A stretch of 64,000 nucleotides of DNA, from contig MCFE01000446.1 of the NCBI GenBank assembly GCA_002104905.1, positions 9,630 to 73,629 on the forward strand. Reading direction: 5' to 3'. The notes under the pieces were generated by a model. That model was not told the origin of the DNA. It made no database searches and was given only the letters and a program-made list of their open reading frames with translations. Origin of the DNA: Basidiobolus meristosporus CBS 931.73 (taxonomy: Eukaryota; Fungi; Basidiobolomycota). Made by a program: the position numbers and the translations under genes. This document shows, piece by piece, positions 36,093 to 49,817 of the stretch. Each line of letters begins with the position of its first letter. Within the stretch, counting starts at the first letter, position 1.

Positions 36093-38060
36093 CTTTATGA
36101 GAAATAATTGTAATAATCTAGTCAAAAAACCATCACAAAGTTAAAATCCAGTGACTAAGAGGTATTGATCCTGTCAGGACACTGTGCACAGACTTTAAAA
36201 AATAATTGCACCCCAGATTTCACAAAAAACTTGGTCAACATTTTTCATCACAACAATACACAATTGGCTTTTGATTGGTTCCTTGCCATTTCTCTCACTT
36301 TCTGACCCCAGACACTGAGTTACCTCCTATGTTTGTGTACATTGATTGGCAATTGCCTCTTTTGCACACTCATTTCTCATCACTTAACCAATGCACTTAC
36401 TTTTCATGCATACAAACTGATTTATTTCAATTCAATAGTCAGGTTTACTTCCGCTGAAGCTTCAGTTGTACCTCAATTGCCAATTGTACTGACCTATACA
36501 AGTCCTTATACCCAACACCAACATTAGGCCCAACCTCATACTCAACAAGCAACTCCATTAAAATCCACCACTCAAAAAGTATATCTGCTGTAGCACCTTA
36601 TTTGCATTACTTTGGCAGGAACCCTATGGCTTTATGCTACTGTTCAATCACTTCTTGGCTTAGCCAATACTCTTACTTTTCATGCATGTAAATTGGTTCA
36701 TTATGGTTGAATCTTTTGTTTTGACTCAATTGCAACTGCACTGTCCTATACAAGTCCCTTTAGCAAACACTAGTGTTAAGCCCAACCGCACACTTAGCAA
36801 GTAACTACATTAGGATCACCTATCCAATAAGTATTTCTGCTGTAAGACCCTTGATCCATGACTTTGGTGGGAACCATATGGCTTTATCCCATTATCCACT
36901 TACTGGTTCCCATATATCCTGGTCTTCAGCAGGCACTACAGAGTCAAGCACCTCATCTGCCAGTCTTTGCAATAAGCCCTTGCAATACTTAGGTGCATTT
37001 TCTTGTGCACTGCTCTGGAAGAAGTGCTGCAATCTCTTGGTGTGCCTATTGATGTTCTGAAATTCCACTGTAGGCAATGTGAAAGTCTTCTGAGCTCTTG
37101 GTGCTGTTGCTTTGTCATTCAGTGGGATCTCCACTCTGTCTACAATGAAGGATGTGGAGGCTGCAGAAGACAAATTGCCTTTCACTGCAAACTCATCTAC
37201 CTCACTGAAGTGTTGCTCCACTGACGGTGCTTCCAACTGATGTTAAAACAGCTGTTTGTGTCTTGGTAGTTCTTCTTGGCTATGATGTGATTCAGACTGT
37301 TCCAGGCTTACAGCATTCATTGGTGAGAACTACAGCTTTTCTCTCATGCTTCTCTATCTCTGAACTTGGTAGACTTTTTCCTCTTTACCTTTACCTTTAT
37401 TACTCTAATGTCATTCACTGCTGATTTAACTGAGTGCTTTGAGTACTGTACTACATTTTCTACTTGTTACATACTGCACTGGTGCATCTGCATCTGCCAG
37501 CATGTCCCTCACCATAACTTCTCTGGTTACCTGATATTTCTTTGCCACTTTCTCAGCACTTAGCCCTGCTTGCAATGGAATCTTGGGGAAGCTGCTAGTT
37601 TTAGCTATGGAACCCTTTTACTTCTGCCTTTGATAGTTCCTGTTATTCTTAAGATACTTTCCTAGCATATCAATGCTAGCCCAAAATCTGTTTGCTGGTA
37701 TAAGTCCAGGATAATGCACATGGTACAGATCAAGCACATTCTGCCCAGCCTTGAGTTCCTGATGGTCTCAATGTATGCAGCCTCAAGGGGAAGGCATTCT
37801 AGGCTTTTTACAGCCTCTTGGATATTAGCCTGCTCTTGGTCATTGCTCTCAACAGCCCACAGATCTTCATTAACTTGTGATTTTGGGCTTTGGTATAGGT
37901 ACCACAGACTCTCCCACCCTTACTTTGTTAGGTTTTTTTGTGGTCTTCATCTTTGGTGTTGTACTTCAACATCTAAAACTTGGCCAATTTTACTCTTTTA
38001 GAAATTTTAGTACCCTGACTGATTTTCCTTAACCCAAACATACCTAATCTGTTGTGTTGT
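36093..38060 (+). mobile_element. CACTA left-end fragment with accessory-ORF remnant
   Basis: Degenerate TIR CTTTATGAGAAA; subterminal TGATCCTGTCA; colinear with 43595-45300. Confidence 0.8.
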
Positions 38061-38397
38061 ATTATAATTAGCTTGGGGCTTGTTCAACAATGTAGCGGCT
38101 TATTAACAATATATTACAACTTCCAGTATGCCTATACTGAAATGGTTTACTGGGAGTCTGATATACCAATAGAAGATATAACTTTCACTAGTATCCTCAA
38201 TCTTAGGCTCAAAATATACTGTAGGCAGTGTTTCTCACTTGTACAGCAGTGTTCTGACCTTCTATTGACTATTGGGCCTATTTACTTTTATAGTAACCTT
38301 TTCTTATCTGGAAGTCACTTTCCTAGCTGAGAGAACTATTACTAATCTGGAAATTCTGAACTCCACTTCAACCTAGCATGGTGTGGTGTAGAACTCT

Positions 38398-38625
38398 TTA
38401 AAGAGGTCTTTACACCTAAAGGGGTGTCTAAAGGGGTGTCTTTAGAGTAAAGGGGCTTCTTACAGTGGTCTCCAAAGTGGTCTTTACACTAAAGGGGTAC
38501 CCAAGGGGGCTGCTTTAGGGTAAGGGGTTCTTAAAGGGGTCTCTAAGGGGGTGATTAGACTAAAGGGGTGTCTCAAGGGTTATCTTTAGAGTAAAGGGGT
38601 TTCTCAGAGGGGCCTTTCTGACAGA
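38398..38625. repeat. Degenerate minisatellite with a TAAAGGGGTGTC-like unit
   Basis: More than ten AAGGGG(T) cores at 10-25 bp spacing. Confidence 0.8.
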
Positions 38626-38931
38626 AAAGCGGTAGTTATCTTGTAGAACTTAGATTGGATTTTTGTGAGCTTTGCAGTTCCTTTACTGATGTAGTACCAA
38701 TCAAAGTCAGAATACTAAGCAGTGCAAGTGATACAGGGGAAGTCTTATAACCTTTAAACTTGTAATCCTAGTATGGAGATTCTGGAAAAGATGCTCTCCT
38801 TTATTTTTCAGCTGGGCAAGACATATATAAAGTTCTGAAGGATCAAAGTTTCTGGACTATTGCGCAAGCAATACACCTGATACAAAGCTATAACTTTGCA
38901 GCAGCGCAGATCTAACATAGGCAAGCACCAC

Positions 38932-39735
38932 TGTGGTAGGGTAAACATACCTCCCACAGACAAGTTTATTCATATAGTCATTATGATATATTTATCCATA
39001 TTTTATCTTATCAGTATTATCCCATTCTTCTTCTGCCCATATTATCAGTATTATCCCCATATGATGTTTACCCTGATTAGTTATTAGCATTAGTTATCCC
39101 AGATGTTATTCAGCTTTGTGATCAGTAGATGTATCTATATAAGGCAAGTACCCGCGTCAGTACCTGTGACACATGACCTAGGTCTGTGTTACCATCCCTA
39201 CCATTTCAATACCATATATGGTATTTCTATGTTGTACAGGTTTCAGACTACTGATTCCTGATTGGTTGAGAGTGCTGTGCCTTTTAGAACCTTCCAGGAC
39301 ATTCTTGGCATATTTTTAGCACATAGTGATGTCATCAGGAATTCCACTGATACATAGAATCTTCTAGAACCATGTCATTAGTAATCACTTGGCAATCAGG
39401 AAAAGTATTTAAGGGAAAGCAATCCCTCATCAATAAATCATCCCTTCTATCAGTAACACTTCTACCTTATTGATTAGCAGTTGATCACTGCACCTGCCTT
39501 CAACAGTACATCTCAGACCTGCCATCAAGGAGCTTTTCAGGGTAGTGCACAAGACACACAGAGGCCTTTGGAGACACTTGGAGCACCTAGGAAGCTAGAG
39601 AAGCAGGAGTTTTTACCATAGTGACATATTGACAAAGACACCAGCAGTTTAGACACAGAGGTTATTGCACCCATCAGACACCTCACACACCTTGAGTTGT
39701 GTAGCTTCTCCCAGGAGTACCTCTACACCACCACA
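38932..39735 (+). mobile_element. Solo LTR (TG...CA), 804 bp, with 4-bp TSD CCAC/CCGC
   Basis: Starts TGTGGTAGG and ends ACACCACCACA. The centre (39130-39490) matches 48955-49300. The two TSD copies differ by one CpG-type change. Confidence 0.75.
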
Positions 39736-39949
39736 CCGCCAAGAATATCACATGCTTTGATTGGCTGGCTTAAAAGTTACAAGTAATCAAAGTAACCACA
39801 GTAATCCTAGTAATAGAGGCCTGGTTTACATGGTAATTCAACTCTTTTGATCATAACTCCTTGAGTACTGCTACAAATAGGCTGTAATTTGAAAAATGTG
39901 TTGGCTATGAAGTGTTCTGCATGACATAATATTCTTGGGTGGATTGCTT

Positions 39950-40719
39950 GTCAGGGTCTTGAGCTTTTGTCCTTCAAAGTAGGAATTTCTTGATCATTTA
40001 TTTATGTGTTACTGTAGCAAAAGCAAAATAAAGAAATGAGTGCCTTATTGGGTTTGGGATATTGTAGTAATGGAATACTTTGCAAATCTGTTGTAGTTTC
40101 CACCCAAGCCTAGCAAATCTTGTACTCCCAAGAAGATTAATCCTAACCTACATAGCAAACCAACTCTGTTGCCTTTATAGCTAAACCCAGCTGTATACAC
40201 ACCAATATTAGACCAGAATCTCCCTGCTAATATTTCTGCCACACTCTGACAATTCTAGGATTCTGCATTTATATGCCCCTTTGGTTCAGTTAAGCCATTC
40301 AGGAGTCTTATTACACTTTTCTCTTTGATACAACATTTCTTGTTGAATTCTGCTACATTCAACCATTTTACAGGATATCCTGAGCAGTAAGCAATCCACA
40401 TCTTTCTATGTTGGAAGAAAGCCAAAGAGATCAGGAAGAACTGACTGAACAGCTTGAAAGCATCATGCTTGAATGAAACACCTTGATGCTTGAGCACTCA
40501 AAGCTTGACAAGACAAGATCTGACAATTATTATAGAGATGAACTCCCTGAGTTATATCCTGTTAGCAGGAAAAAACTGGGATGATCAAAGAAGCTCTGAA
40601 GAATGTGGCCATAGTAATTGACAGCATTGAAAATCTGCCAAGCCTTACTCAGTAGCAGCCACCAAGTAATCATGCCTTTGGATCCTCCAGACCTACATCT
40701 CCTGCTAAACCTGCCCCAG
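39950..40719 (-). mobile_element. Degenerate LINE 3' fragment, cut at 40719 by an LTR
   Basis: LSKAWQIFNAV, SLIIPVF and RINLLGSTRFARLGW remnants; homologous to 7700-7880. Confidence 0.55.
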
Positions 40720-41228
40720 TGTGGTGGTGTATATATCCAAGGGAGAGTTATGTCCAACACTTCTTTAGTGTTTTGTATATGGGGTGCTCACTAGGTGGAT
40801 AGCATCTGGCAAAACCTTGCTAGGAATACTTGGGTTCTGTCATGACTCCAATGTGAAGGGGAATAAAGCCACAAGATTGTCAAGGGAAAACTATTGAGCT
40901 ACAGTCCCCAACTTAGTTTGCATCCTGACAAAAGTATGTGCCAAATTCAGCATCTGTTGATATGACAATGTAATAAAGCTTCCAAAGTCAAAACAACAGT
41001 AAACTCCACCAGCAGGGACTTGACAAGAATGCAGCTATGGTTCATATTTTTAATGACAAAAAAGTATTTTTGCCTGTCAAAGAACAAACTTGGAAAATAT
41101 CAAATAAAATAAAAGATACCTACTCTGAGTACTCACAGGTAGTGCCTCCATAGTCAAGTTGCTGTCAGAGCAGTTTCCTGGAAGTGTCCTGTGGTCTAGG
41201 ATTGGAATATCAGGTAGTGGCAGGTAGC
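40720..41228 (-). mobile_element. Partial LTR (reverse orientation), interrupted by a CACTA end
   Basis: Reverse complement of 49300-49817; starts TGTGGTGGTG. Confidence 0.85.
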
Positions 41229-42950
41229 CCCTGTGAAAACTAATTTGGTCCTGCAGGTGGATCCAATCTGGATCAGCCGTCAGGATCCCATTTGGAGACC
41301 ATCATAATACCAGCAGCTTGCTATTAATGACCCTCTTAACAATTTTATGACAGGATCACAACGGCAATTGGCAAATTTTACTACCCAATAAAGTTAAAAA
41401 ACTTGATGGGGTTTGATTGGTGCTGTGGCAATATTTGAATGGCATTGTTGCAGTCTTATTGCACTCAACAACTATTTTAAATGGATCTAACTGGCTAGTA
41501 CATCCAGTTGCATTATATGGCAAAAAATGTGACTGTGTTTTAACAGCCTCATTGCAAGTCTTTATTTGCATTATCATGGCAGTATTACAGCCAAAAGCTA
41601 GTTCTGTATAATGTTACCATACCATTTCACCAGGTGTTATTCCCTTTTTCCACCTCCCCTTGCACAACTCATATATTCCATTGTAGAGTAGCCCCTGTTT
41701 ATTTGCTAACCCACTATACCTTGGTTATCCCACATATAGTTCAAATCAAAAAAAACTATGGCCTCCTGCTTACAATCCTCTACAAACACACACACCTGCC
41801 GCAATTGACATACTTCTATCACCTCAACTTTACGGCTTTTTGGTGTGATACTTGCAAAGTTGCCGTATACCTTGGACTGCTGGTAACATATACATATCGC
41901 AAACATATGCTTGGTTGCCACCACTTCTGCCATGGATACCTCCTGAATATTTGCAAAGAACTTTTTGGTATTTAGCCAATATACTCCTTCTCCCTACTAG
42001 ATTCTAGTCCCCCTTATAGGTGTGCTCTGGCTCTTGTTTGTGCATATTCTGTGTAGAATGGTGCAGAATTGTCTTATGACCAAGAGAAGCCCAGCCTACT
42101 TTGGTAGATGCTTTCCTAATAGAAATTAGTTGCTTGATGCACCAAACCCAGCTTTGCATTGCTTAACTGATTACCCACTTGTTGGGGCTGCTTAGCTTCT
42201 TAATTCCATAGGCATAGGTGTTGCCATGTGCACATCTGTCCTCAGTATTTTCCACCACTTCCTGGCTGTCCTCAATGTACCAACTCATCACATCCATCAC
42301 AGAACATGAAGGTAATATTCTTGATGAGATTGGGATATGGTAATACCTGCAACTTGACTTTTCTCCCTATCTCCCCACACATTTGCTCCATAGGAAACTC
42401 CCAAAAGGTGAAGCAAGGCACAATACTCTCCACACACCAAGCAAGAGGGAGTAGAGAATGGATACAGTAGCGGCAGAGATCTACATGTTCAGCTTTATGT
42501 TTGTAGTATAGCCACTCAAATCCTGTTACAAACTCCTTGCACAACATTTGTAGATTGAGTCAAGTTGACATTGGTGATCTGCTTCTGGATAAATATTCCT
42601 ACAATGTCCACATATGACTCCCAATGCTTCCAATGTACTCCTGGTAGGAATGGCTTCACAATGTACTTTAATAAATACATATCTGGCTCATCCGGTCTTT
42701 GCATTTGTATTGTTGCATATGTGTATGAATATTGATTGGAGCCTGTGAGAAGTACTTAGGGTAGCAGATACTCCGTAAAATCTTGCCAATTCTTTCAAAC
42801 TTCTCTAGTATCTCAAAGGGCTCATATAGCTTGAAATGCCCCATGTACAATTTGGTCATCAGCAGAGGGATATTATTGAAAAGCAAATGCATTGCTCCCA
42901 GTGGAAAACATTTGCTCCAACAGATACCCTCTATCTTAAGTATCTCCACA
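41229..42950 (-). mobile_element. CACTA right half in reverse orientation
   Basis: CCCTGTGAAAACTAATTTGGTCCTGCAGGTGGATCC is the reverse complement of the right end. The interior is the reverse complement of 47660-48700 and 49820-50454. Confidence 0.88.
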
Positions 42951-43919
42951 CACTATCTGAGACTATAGGCGCTTTCTATAGATTTTACTTTAGGGGTAAT
43001 ATTCAAACACAGTGCCTGATAGTGCCAGTAGACCCAGATAGTGCCATACATTTTTGTGACATGTTACAAGCCGCAGAAGCTAGATTCAGAGTGCCATGGG
43101 TATTGAGTGCCAGATGCACTTCTTCACTCCTTCTGTGCTCTTACCCATTATGCACAATACTGATCCCAAAAAAAAGGCAAAAAATGGGCTTTATCCAGTA
43201 CAATGGGTGAAACACCAGGGCTGTTTTGCCTGAAAATGAACAACATTTTTCACACAGTGGGGCCAAGTATCAGTCCACTTGGCCTCCTTGGCACACCAAG
43301 GCATCATATGGCTCTCATGGCTGAATAAGGCACTATCCAGTGGAAGAAGTCTAATATCTATGTGCTTAGTTCTAGCATGAAAAGTTGGATTTCTACCTAA
43401 TTGTATACATCCTTGATTATCTTGAAATGGAGTAATAGGCATTTTTTTGACATAGGCCTAAATCTGTTAAAAGCCTCCCTATTCACATTGCTTCTTTTGT
43501 AGCTTCACAGGCTGCCATATACTCTGCCTCTGTGGTAGAAAGTGCTACAGTTGGTGGCTTTCTTGAATTCCATGAAACTGCTCCTTTACAGTAACCCTAT
43601 GAAAAATTACTGTAATGATCCTGTCAAAAGGCAGTCACAAAGTTAGAGTCCCGTGACTATGAGATACTGATCCTGTCAGGACATTGTCCAGAGACTGCTG
43701 AAAATAATTGCACCTCAGATTTTACAAAAAACTTGGTCAACATTTTTGATCACAACAATGTATAGGTGTCTTTGATTGGTTCACTCCCAATTTGCTCACT
43801 ATCTGATCCCAGACACTCTATCACCTCCTATATTTGTGTGCATTGATTGGCTATTGCCTCTTTTCACACTACTTGCTTCCTGACTTAGCTGTTTCTCTTA
43901 CTTTTCACACGCACAAATT

Positions 43920-45540
43920 GATTTATTTCCTTTGAAACTTCAGTTGTACCTCAGTAGCCAATTGTATTGACCTATACAAGTCCCTATACCCTACACTAGT
44001 ATTAAGCCCAGCCCCATACTCCACAAGTAACTCCTTTAAAATCCACCACTTAATTAGTATATCTGCTGTGACGCTCTGTTTCCACAACTTTGATGGGAAC
44101 CCAACAGCTTTATGCCACTGTTCATTCACTGGTTCCCACATGTCCTAGTCTTCAGCCAGCACTGCAAGGTCTAGCATCTCATCTGCCAGTCTTTGCAATA
44201 AATCCTTGCAATATTCAAGTGAGTTTTCTTGAGCACAGCTTGTGAAGAAGCTCTGCAACCTCTTGGTGTGCCTATAAATGTTCCAAAGTTCCACTGAAGG
44301 CATTGTGATAGTTTTTTGAGTTCTTGACATTGTAGCCTTGTCTGTCAGTGGGATCTATACTCTGTCTACAATGGAGGATGTGGAAACTGTGGTAGACAAA
44401 TTGCCTTTTTCAGCAAACTCATCTACCTTGCTGGAGTGTAGGGCAGCTAGCTGTGCTTCCAACTCTTGTGAAAACAGTTGTTTACTTGTTGGTAATTCTT
44501 CTTGGCTATGAAAGGATTCAGTCTGTCCCAGGCTTGCAGCATTAATTAGAATACCTGCAGTTTTTTTGCATGCCTCCCTGACTCAGGCTTGTGTAGACAT
44601 TTTTCCCTTTACCTTTTCCATTATCACTGCCAGGTCTTTCACTGCTACATTGTCTGAGTGCTTCTTGTAATGTACTACATTTTCTCCTTGATAAATTCTG
44701 TGCTGACATATCTGTTTTGGCCTGCTTGTCCTTTGCTGGCACTCTTCTGGAGACCTGATGATTCTTTTCCACTGATTTCAAGCTCTCAACTGTAGTAGTA
44801 GCAGGCTCCTGTAAAAGCCGCTGGTTTTTAACACTGCCAGGTCCTTCACTGCTACGTTGACTGAGTGCTTCTTGAGGGATACTATGCTTTTCCTTGATGA
44901 ATGTTGTGCTGGTGCATCTGTGTCTGCCTGCTTGTCCCTAATGGGCACTCTTCTAGCTACCTGACATCTCTTTGATGTTTGTCTGGAGCTTTTGGCTCTG
45001 CTTGTAACAGGCTCTTGAGGAAGCCGCTGGTTTTTAGCCATGGCACCTTTGTTCTTCTGCCTTTGATAGTTTCTGCTATTCCTGAGATACTTTCTTAGCA
45101 TACCAATACTGGCCAAAAATCCATTTGCCTGTTTGAATCCAGGAATAATGCTCATGGAACAAGTCAAGTGCATTCCACCTGGCCTTGAGTTCCTGATGGT
45201 TCCATGGTATGCCAGCCTTAAGGTGATGGTGTGCTAGACTTCTAACAGCCTCCTGAATATTGGCCCACTCTGCATTATTGCACTCAATGGCTTCACAGAT
45301 CTTCAATGTCTTTTGATTTTTAGACTTTGGTGTAAACACCACATTGTCTCCTTCCCACACTGTGATAGGTCTTTCTGTGTGCTTTATCTTTGAGCACTGT
45401 TGTTGTGCTTCAAAGACTGTATAATGTTCCTCTGCTGTTACATTGGGTAGCAGCTCAAATCTTGGCTGTGACATTGAGCTACTTGAGTTCCTTCTTTGCA
45501 TCAAAGATACCGCTTTCTCTACCTGGAATATCAATAGCTC
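43920..45540 (-). pseudogene. CACTA accessory ORF (divergent from the transposase), degenerate
   Basis: WANIQEAVRSLAHHHLKAGIPWNHQELKARW...WIFGQYW, followed by a low-complexity region with a tandem duplication of about 205 bp. A paralog lies at 36890-37980. Confidence 0.6.
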
Positions 45541-46211
45541 TATATGTATTATCCACTCATCCTATTTCTGGACTATTTCCTGATTTCTCTGGGCCTTTGC
45601 ATCCTATCCTATCAGCCACTGCACCTAATTGCTTCATTAGTGCTTTGGCATGAGCTGACAATATACTTGCTAATATGGATGGTGGTGACATTATGATAGC
45701 CACTTGCTGGTCTCCACTTAGTGTACTGCATTTGCTACACTTGCACCTGCCTTAGCATAACAGTCTGCTTGTGGCTCCACAGAGGTTCTCAATTACCTAC
45801 TTGACTGAGAGCCTGAGCAGTCCGCATTATCAACTTCAGTGGGCACACTGCCAACATGGCCTTTTTTGGATGTAGCCCTACTTGTTGCACTGAATATCAA
45901 AGCAAGCTGTTGTCCAACCATTGTTCTGTTGCCATCAGCAGTGGGGCTTGGTTGGGAACCAGACAACTTTGCTTTATTTTTGGGTGGTATATATCTGGAA
46001 GTGAGTCAAACCAAAGAGGAAATAGTGTATATATACACATGTATGTGGTGCCACAACTTTATTTATAATGCATACTATGGTGAGTTGTCATTGAATCTAA
46101 CATTAATGTAGGTGCAATGTCTCAAGTACAAGACTTTCTTAAATTCACAAGAGTATTGACCAAAAAGTGATATAAAAGTGTTATGTTGTTGAAGGTCAAA
46201 TTGCTTGCCCC

Positions 46212-48450
46212 ATGAACAAGACTACTTTGACTCAATGCCATAAGAGAAGAGAAAAAAGACCATGCGGCTATTGTAACAAGCTACTCAGCCATGAAGCATG
46301 CAGACAGCATAGGAAGTATTACAAGAATCATGGGCAGTGTATTGCTATCCAAGTCATATTTGACCATTCATTGATCACTACTGTACCAACATTATCTTGC
46401 CGGCCAGTTAATACTTCTATATGGGTACCTGGCCATCTTTGTCACCTTGAGCAAACTGAATCAGGTGAGTATGCAACCCCTTTAGGCTTGCCTTAGCCTT
46501 CTGAATATGGCACACAGAGTGATAGCTCTGACAAAGAAGGTTCACTGATGGATTGCGAGCCTATCTCCCCTAACAGCAGTACCATGTATGAGCTTGGTCA
46601 AATCCTAATATGCAATGAGACAACACCCATTGAAATAAATGCCAAGAATACTTTATGGAGCCAAGTGAGCCCAGTAATCCATCTACTGGTGAATGATGTA
46701 GTGTTGTGGCTAGAGTAGTGGCGTGTTTCCACTAATGTTAGTTATGGGGGCTTGGAGGATATATTGCTACTTCTTGCCAAAATCATTCCAGGATGCAACT
46801 TACCATGTACATGATACAAATGGACAACTGTCATGTGGCTGACAACATAAGATCCTGAGACTGTCCTGATTCCAGCATGTGGTAACGGTGACATGGCATT
46901 CACATCTAAAAATGCTATCATTGCAATGTGTCCAAATTGTCAGGAATCCACTACCATTGAGGGAAATATTGTTTGCACCCCAGATATATTCCAGTAATAC
47001 CCTGTCTGAAGAAGCTTATAAAGTCCAACAAATATTGCAAAGCTATACAGCACTGCACTCAGTAGCAATCATGTGCAAACATATCCAATATAATCAATGG
47101 CAAACATTTCAAACAGCTAAGACGCAAGGGCTACACTGAAGGTATGTATGACCATGCCTTTGCCTTAGCTCCTGATGGATTCTCATTAAGGAAGTACTCT
47201 ACCAGCAATTCCTGCTGGCCACTGATTCTCATCAATCTGATTATGCCACCCATCTTACAATATCAGAGCAATAACCTGATGGTAGTCTCACCAGTATCTG
47301 GACCTAAATCTCCATCCAACCTGGATACCTACCTGTATCCATAGCTGGATGAGTTTCATATGCTTTCCAGTGGGATAACAGTTAGTGGCTGTCAAGTAAA
47401 AGTGCATATTATTATCTGCTTTGGAGATACCCCAGCCGTCAGCAAGATAGCAGGTTTTTCCAGGCACAATGGATGGCATTGCTGTCCAATGTGTGAGATC
47501 CAGGGGATTTACTCTATTACTCACACACATTATTGTTACCCAAACATCAGCACTAAGCACATCATCTTTCCACAGAGAGAATGTACAAAAGTCAGCATGC
47601 AATTGCAGCAAAGTTGACAAGGTATTAGCCATTGGCCAGAATATGGAATCAATCAGAAACCAGCAATACTTCAAGATAGAGGGTATCTGTTGGAACAAAA
47701 GCTTACCACTGGGAGCAATGAATTTGTTTTTCAACAATATCCCTATACTGATGACCATGCTGTACATGGGGCACTCCAAGCTAAGTGAGCCCTTTGAGAT
47801 ACCAGAGAAACTTGAAAGAATTGACAAGATATTACAGAGTATCTGCTACCCTAATCACTTCACACAGGCTCCAATCAGTATTCATACACATATGCAACAA
47901 TGCAAATGCAAAGACTGGATGAACTAGATATGCATTTATTCAAGTGGTGTTCTGAAGCCATTCCTACCAAGAGTACATTGGAAACATTGGGAGTCATATA
48001 TGGACATTGTAAGAATATTTATCAAGAGGCAGATCATCAAAGCCAACTTGACACATGTACAACTGTTGTGCAAGGAGTTTGTAATAGGATTTGAGCGGCT
48101 ATACTACAAATATAAAGCTGAACATGTAGATCTCTGCTGCTACTGTATCCATTCTCTACTCCATCTTGCACAGTGTACAGTGAATATTGGGCCTTGCTAC
48201 ACCTTTTGGGAGTTTCCAATGGAGCCAATGTGTGGGGAGATAGGAAGACAAGTCAAGTTGCAGGTACTCCCATATCCCAATACCATTGAGAATACTACCT
48301 TCAAGTCCATCATGGATGTGATGAGTTGGCATATGGAGGACAGCCAGGAAGAGCTAGAAAATACTGCTGACAAATGTGCACATGGAGACACCTATGTCTA
48401 TGGCATTAAGAAGCTAAGCAGCCCCAATGAGTGGGTAATCAGTTAATTAG
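46212..48450 (+). pseudogene. Transposase_21 (tnp2/TnpD) transposase, multiple stops and frameshifts
   Basis: CGYC..H..H; ALAPDGF....SCWPLILINLIMPP...GPKSP..LDTYLYP.LDE; GDTPAVSKIAGFSRHNG..CCPMC; FERLYY; IHSLLHL....GP...WEFPME. Confidence 0.9.
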
Positions 48451-48746
48451 TGCAAAGTTGGATTGGGTGCAACAAGCAACTAATTTTTATTAGGAAAACT
48501 CTACCAAGATATGCTGGATTTCACTTAGTCACAAGCCAACTTCAACATCATTCAACACAGTGTTCACACAAACATGAGCCAGAGCACACCTATAAAGGGG
48601 ACTAGAATCCAGCAGAGAGAAGGAATATATTGGCTAAATATCAAGATGTTCTTTGCAGATATTCAGGAGGTATTCACGGCAGAAGTGGTGACAACAAAGC
48701 ATATGTTTGCAAGATGTATACATTACCAGCAGTCCAAGGTATACGG

Positions 48747-49817
48747 TGTAGTGGGGTGACAGTGACACCCACTGACAGATGTGCTCATTCCCTTATTTTC
48801 TACTTCCCTATATTGCTACTACACTTATTTTAGTTTTATCCCATTTGTCTTACCCAATCAGTACTATCCCATAAGCCGGTTGACTATCACACCTGCTTAC
48901 CTTATTGCATAAGTTACCCCTCACTTTATGTAAGATTACTAGCTATAAGTACTTCTATATTAGGCAAGTACCCACGCTAGTACCCGTGACACATGATCAG
49001 CCCGTGTCACCATCCCTACCATTTCCATACCATATATGGTATCCCCATGTTACACAGGTTTCAGAATACTGATTCCTGATTGGTTGGATGTGCTGTGCCT
49101 CTTAGAACCATCCGGCACCTACTTAGAACATTCTTAGGTCATTCTGATGTCATTAAGATTTCTATTGATCTCCGGAACCTTCTGGAACACCATGATTAGT
49201 AATCACTTAGCCAGTGAGAAAAATATATAAGGGAGGCTATCCCTCAACAATAAATCATCATCCCTTTTATCAATATACCGACTTGTTGATTAGTGTGATC
49301 ACTGCTACCTGCTGCTACCTGAACTTCCAACCCTAGACCACAGGACACTCCTAGGAAACCGCGCTGACAGCCAACTGACCTTGGAGGCACTACTTGTGAG
49401 GAATACTCAGAGTAGGTATCTTTTATTATATTTGATTCTTTCCCAAGTTTGTTCTTGTACAGGCAAAGATACTTTTCTGTCTTTGTAACTATTGACCACA
49501 GCTGCATTCTTATCAAGTCCCTGCTGGTGGAGTTTACAGTTGTTTTGACTTTGGAAGCTTTAGTACATTGTCATCTCAAAGGACGCTGAACCCAGCACAT
49601 ACTTTTGTTAAGACGCCAACTAAGTTGGGGATTGTAGCTCAATAGTTTTCCCTTGACAAGCTTGTGGCTTTATTCCCCTTCACATTAGATTAGAGACAGA
49701 ACCCAAGTATTCCTAGCAAGCTTTTGCCAGAGGTTATCGCACCCAGTGAACACCCCACACACAAAACACTTGAGAAGTGTTGGACGTATCTCTCCCTTGG
49801 ACTTATACACCACCACA
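48747..49817 (+). mobile_element. Solo LTR, 1071 bp, with exact 4-bp TSD ACGG, inserted in the CACTA
   Basis: ACGG|TGTAGTGG...CCACCACA|ACGG. The empty site AAGGTATACGGCAACT is seen, reverse-complemented, in the sibling at about 41850. Confidence 0.9.

Noticed and set aside
40725-40770. Apparent LINE GVPQG-like motif on the plus strand
   Set aside because: The sequence is the reverse-complement end of the LTR family (49770-49817).
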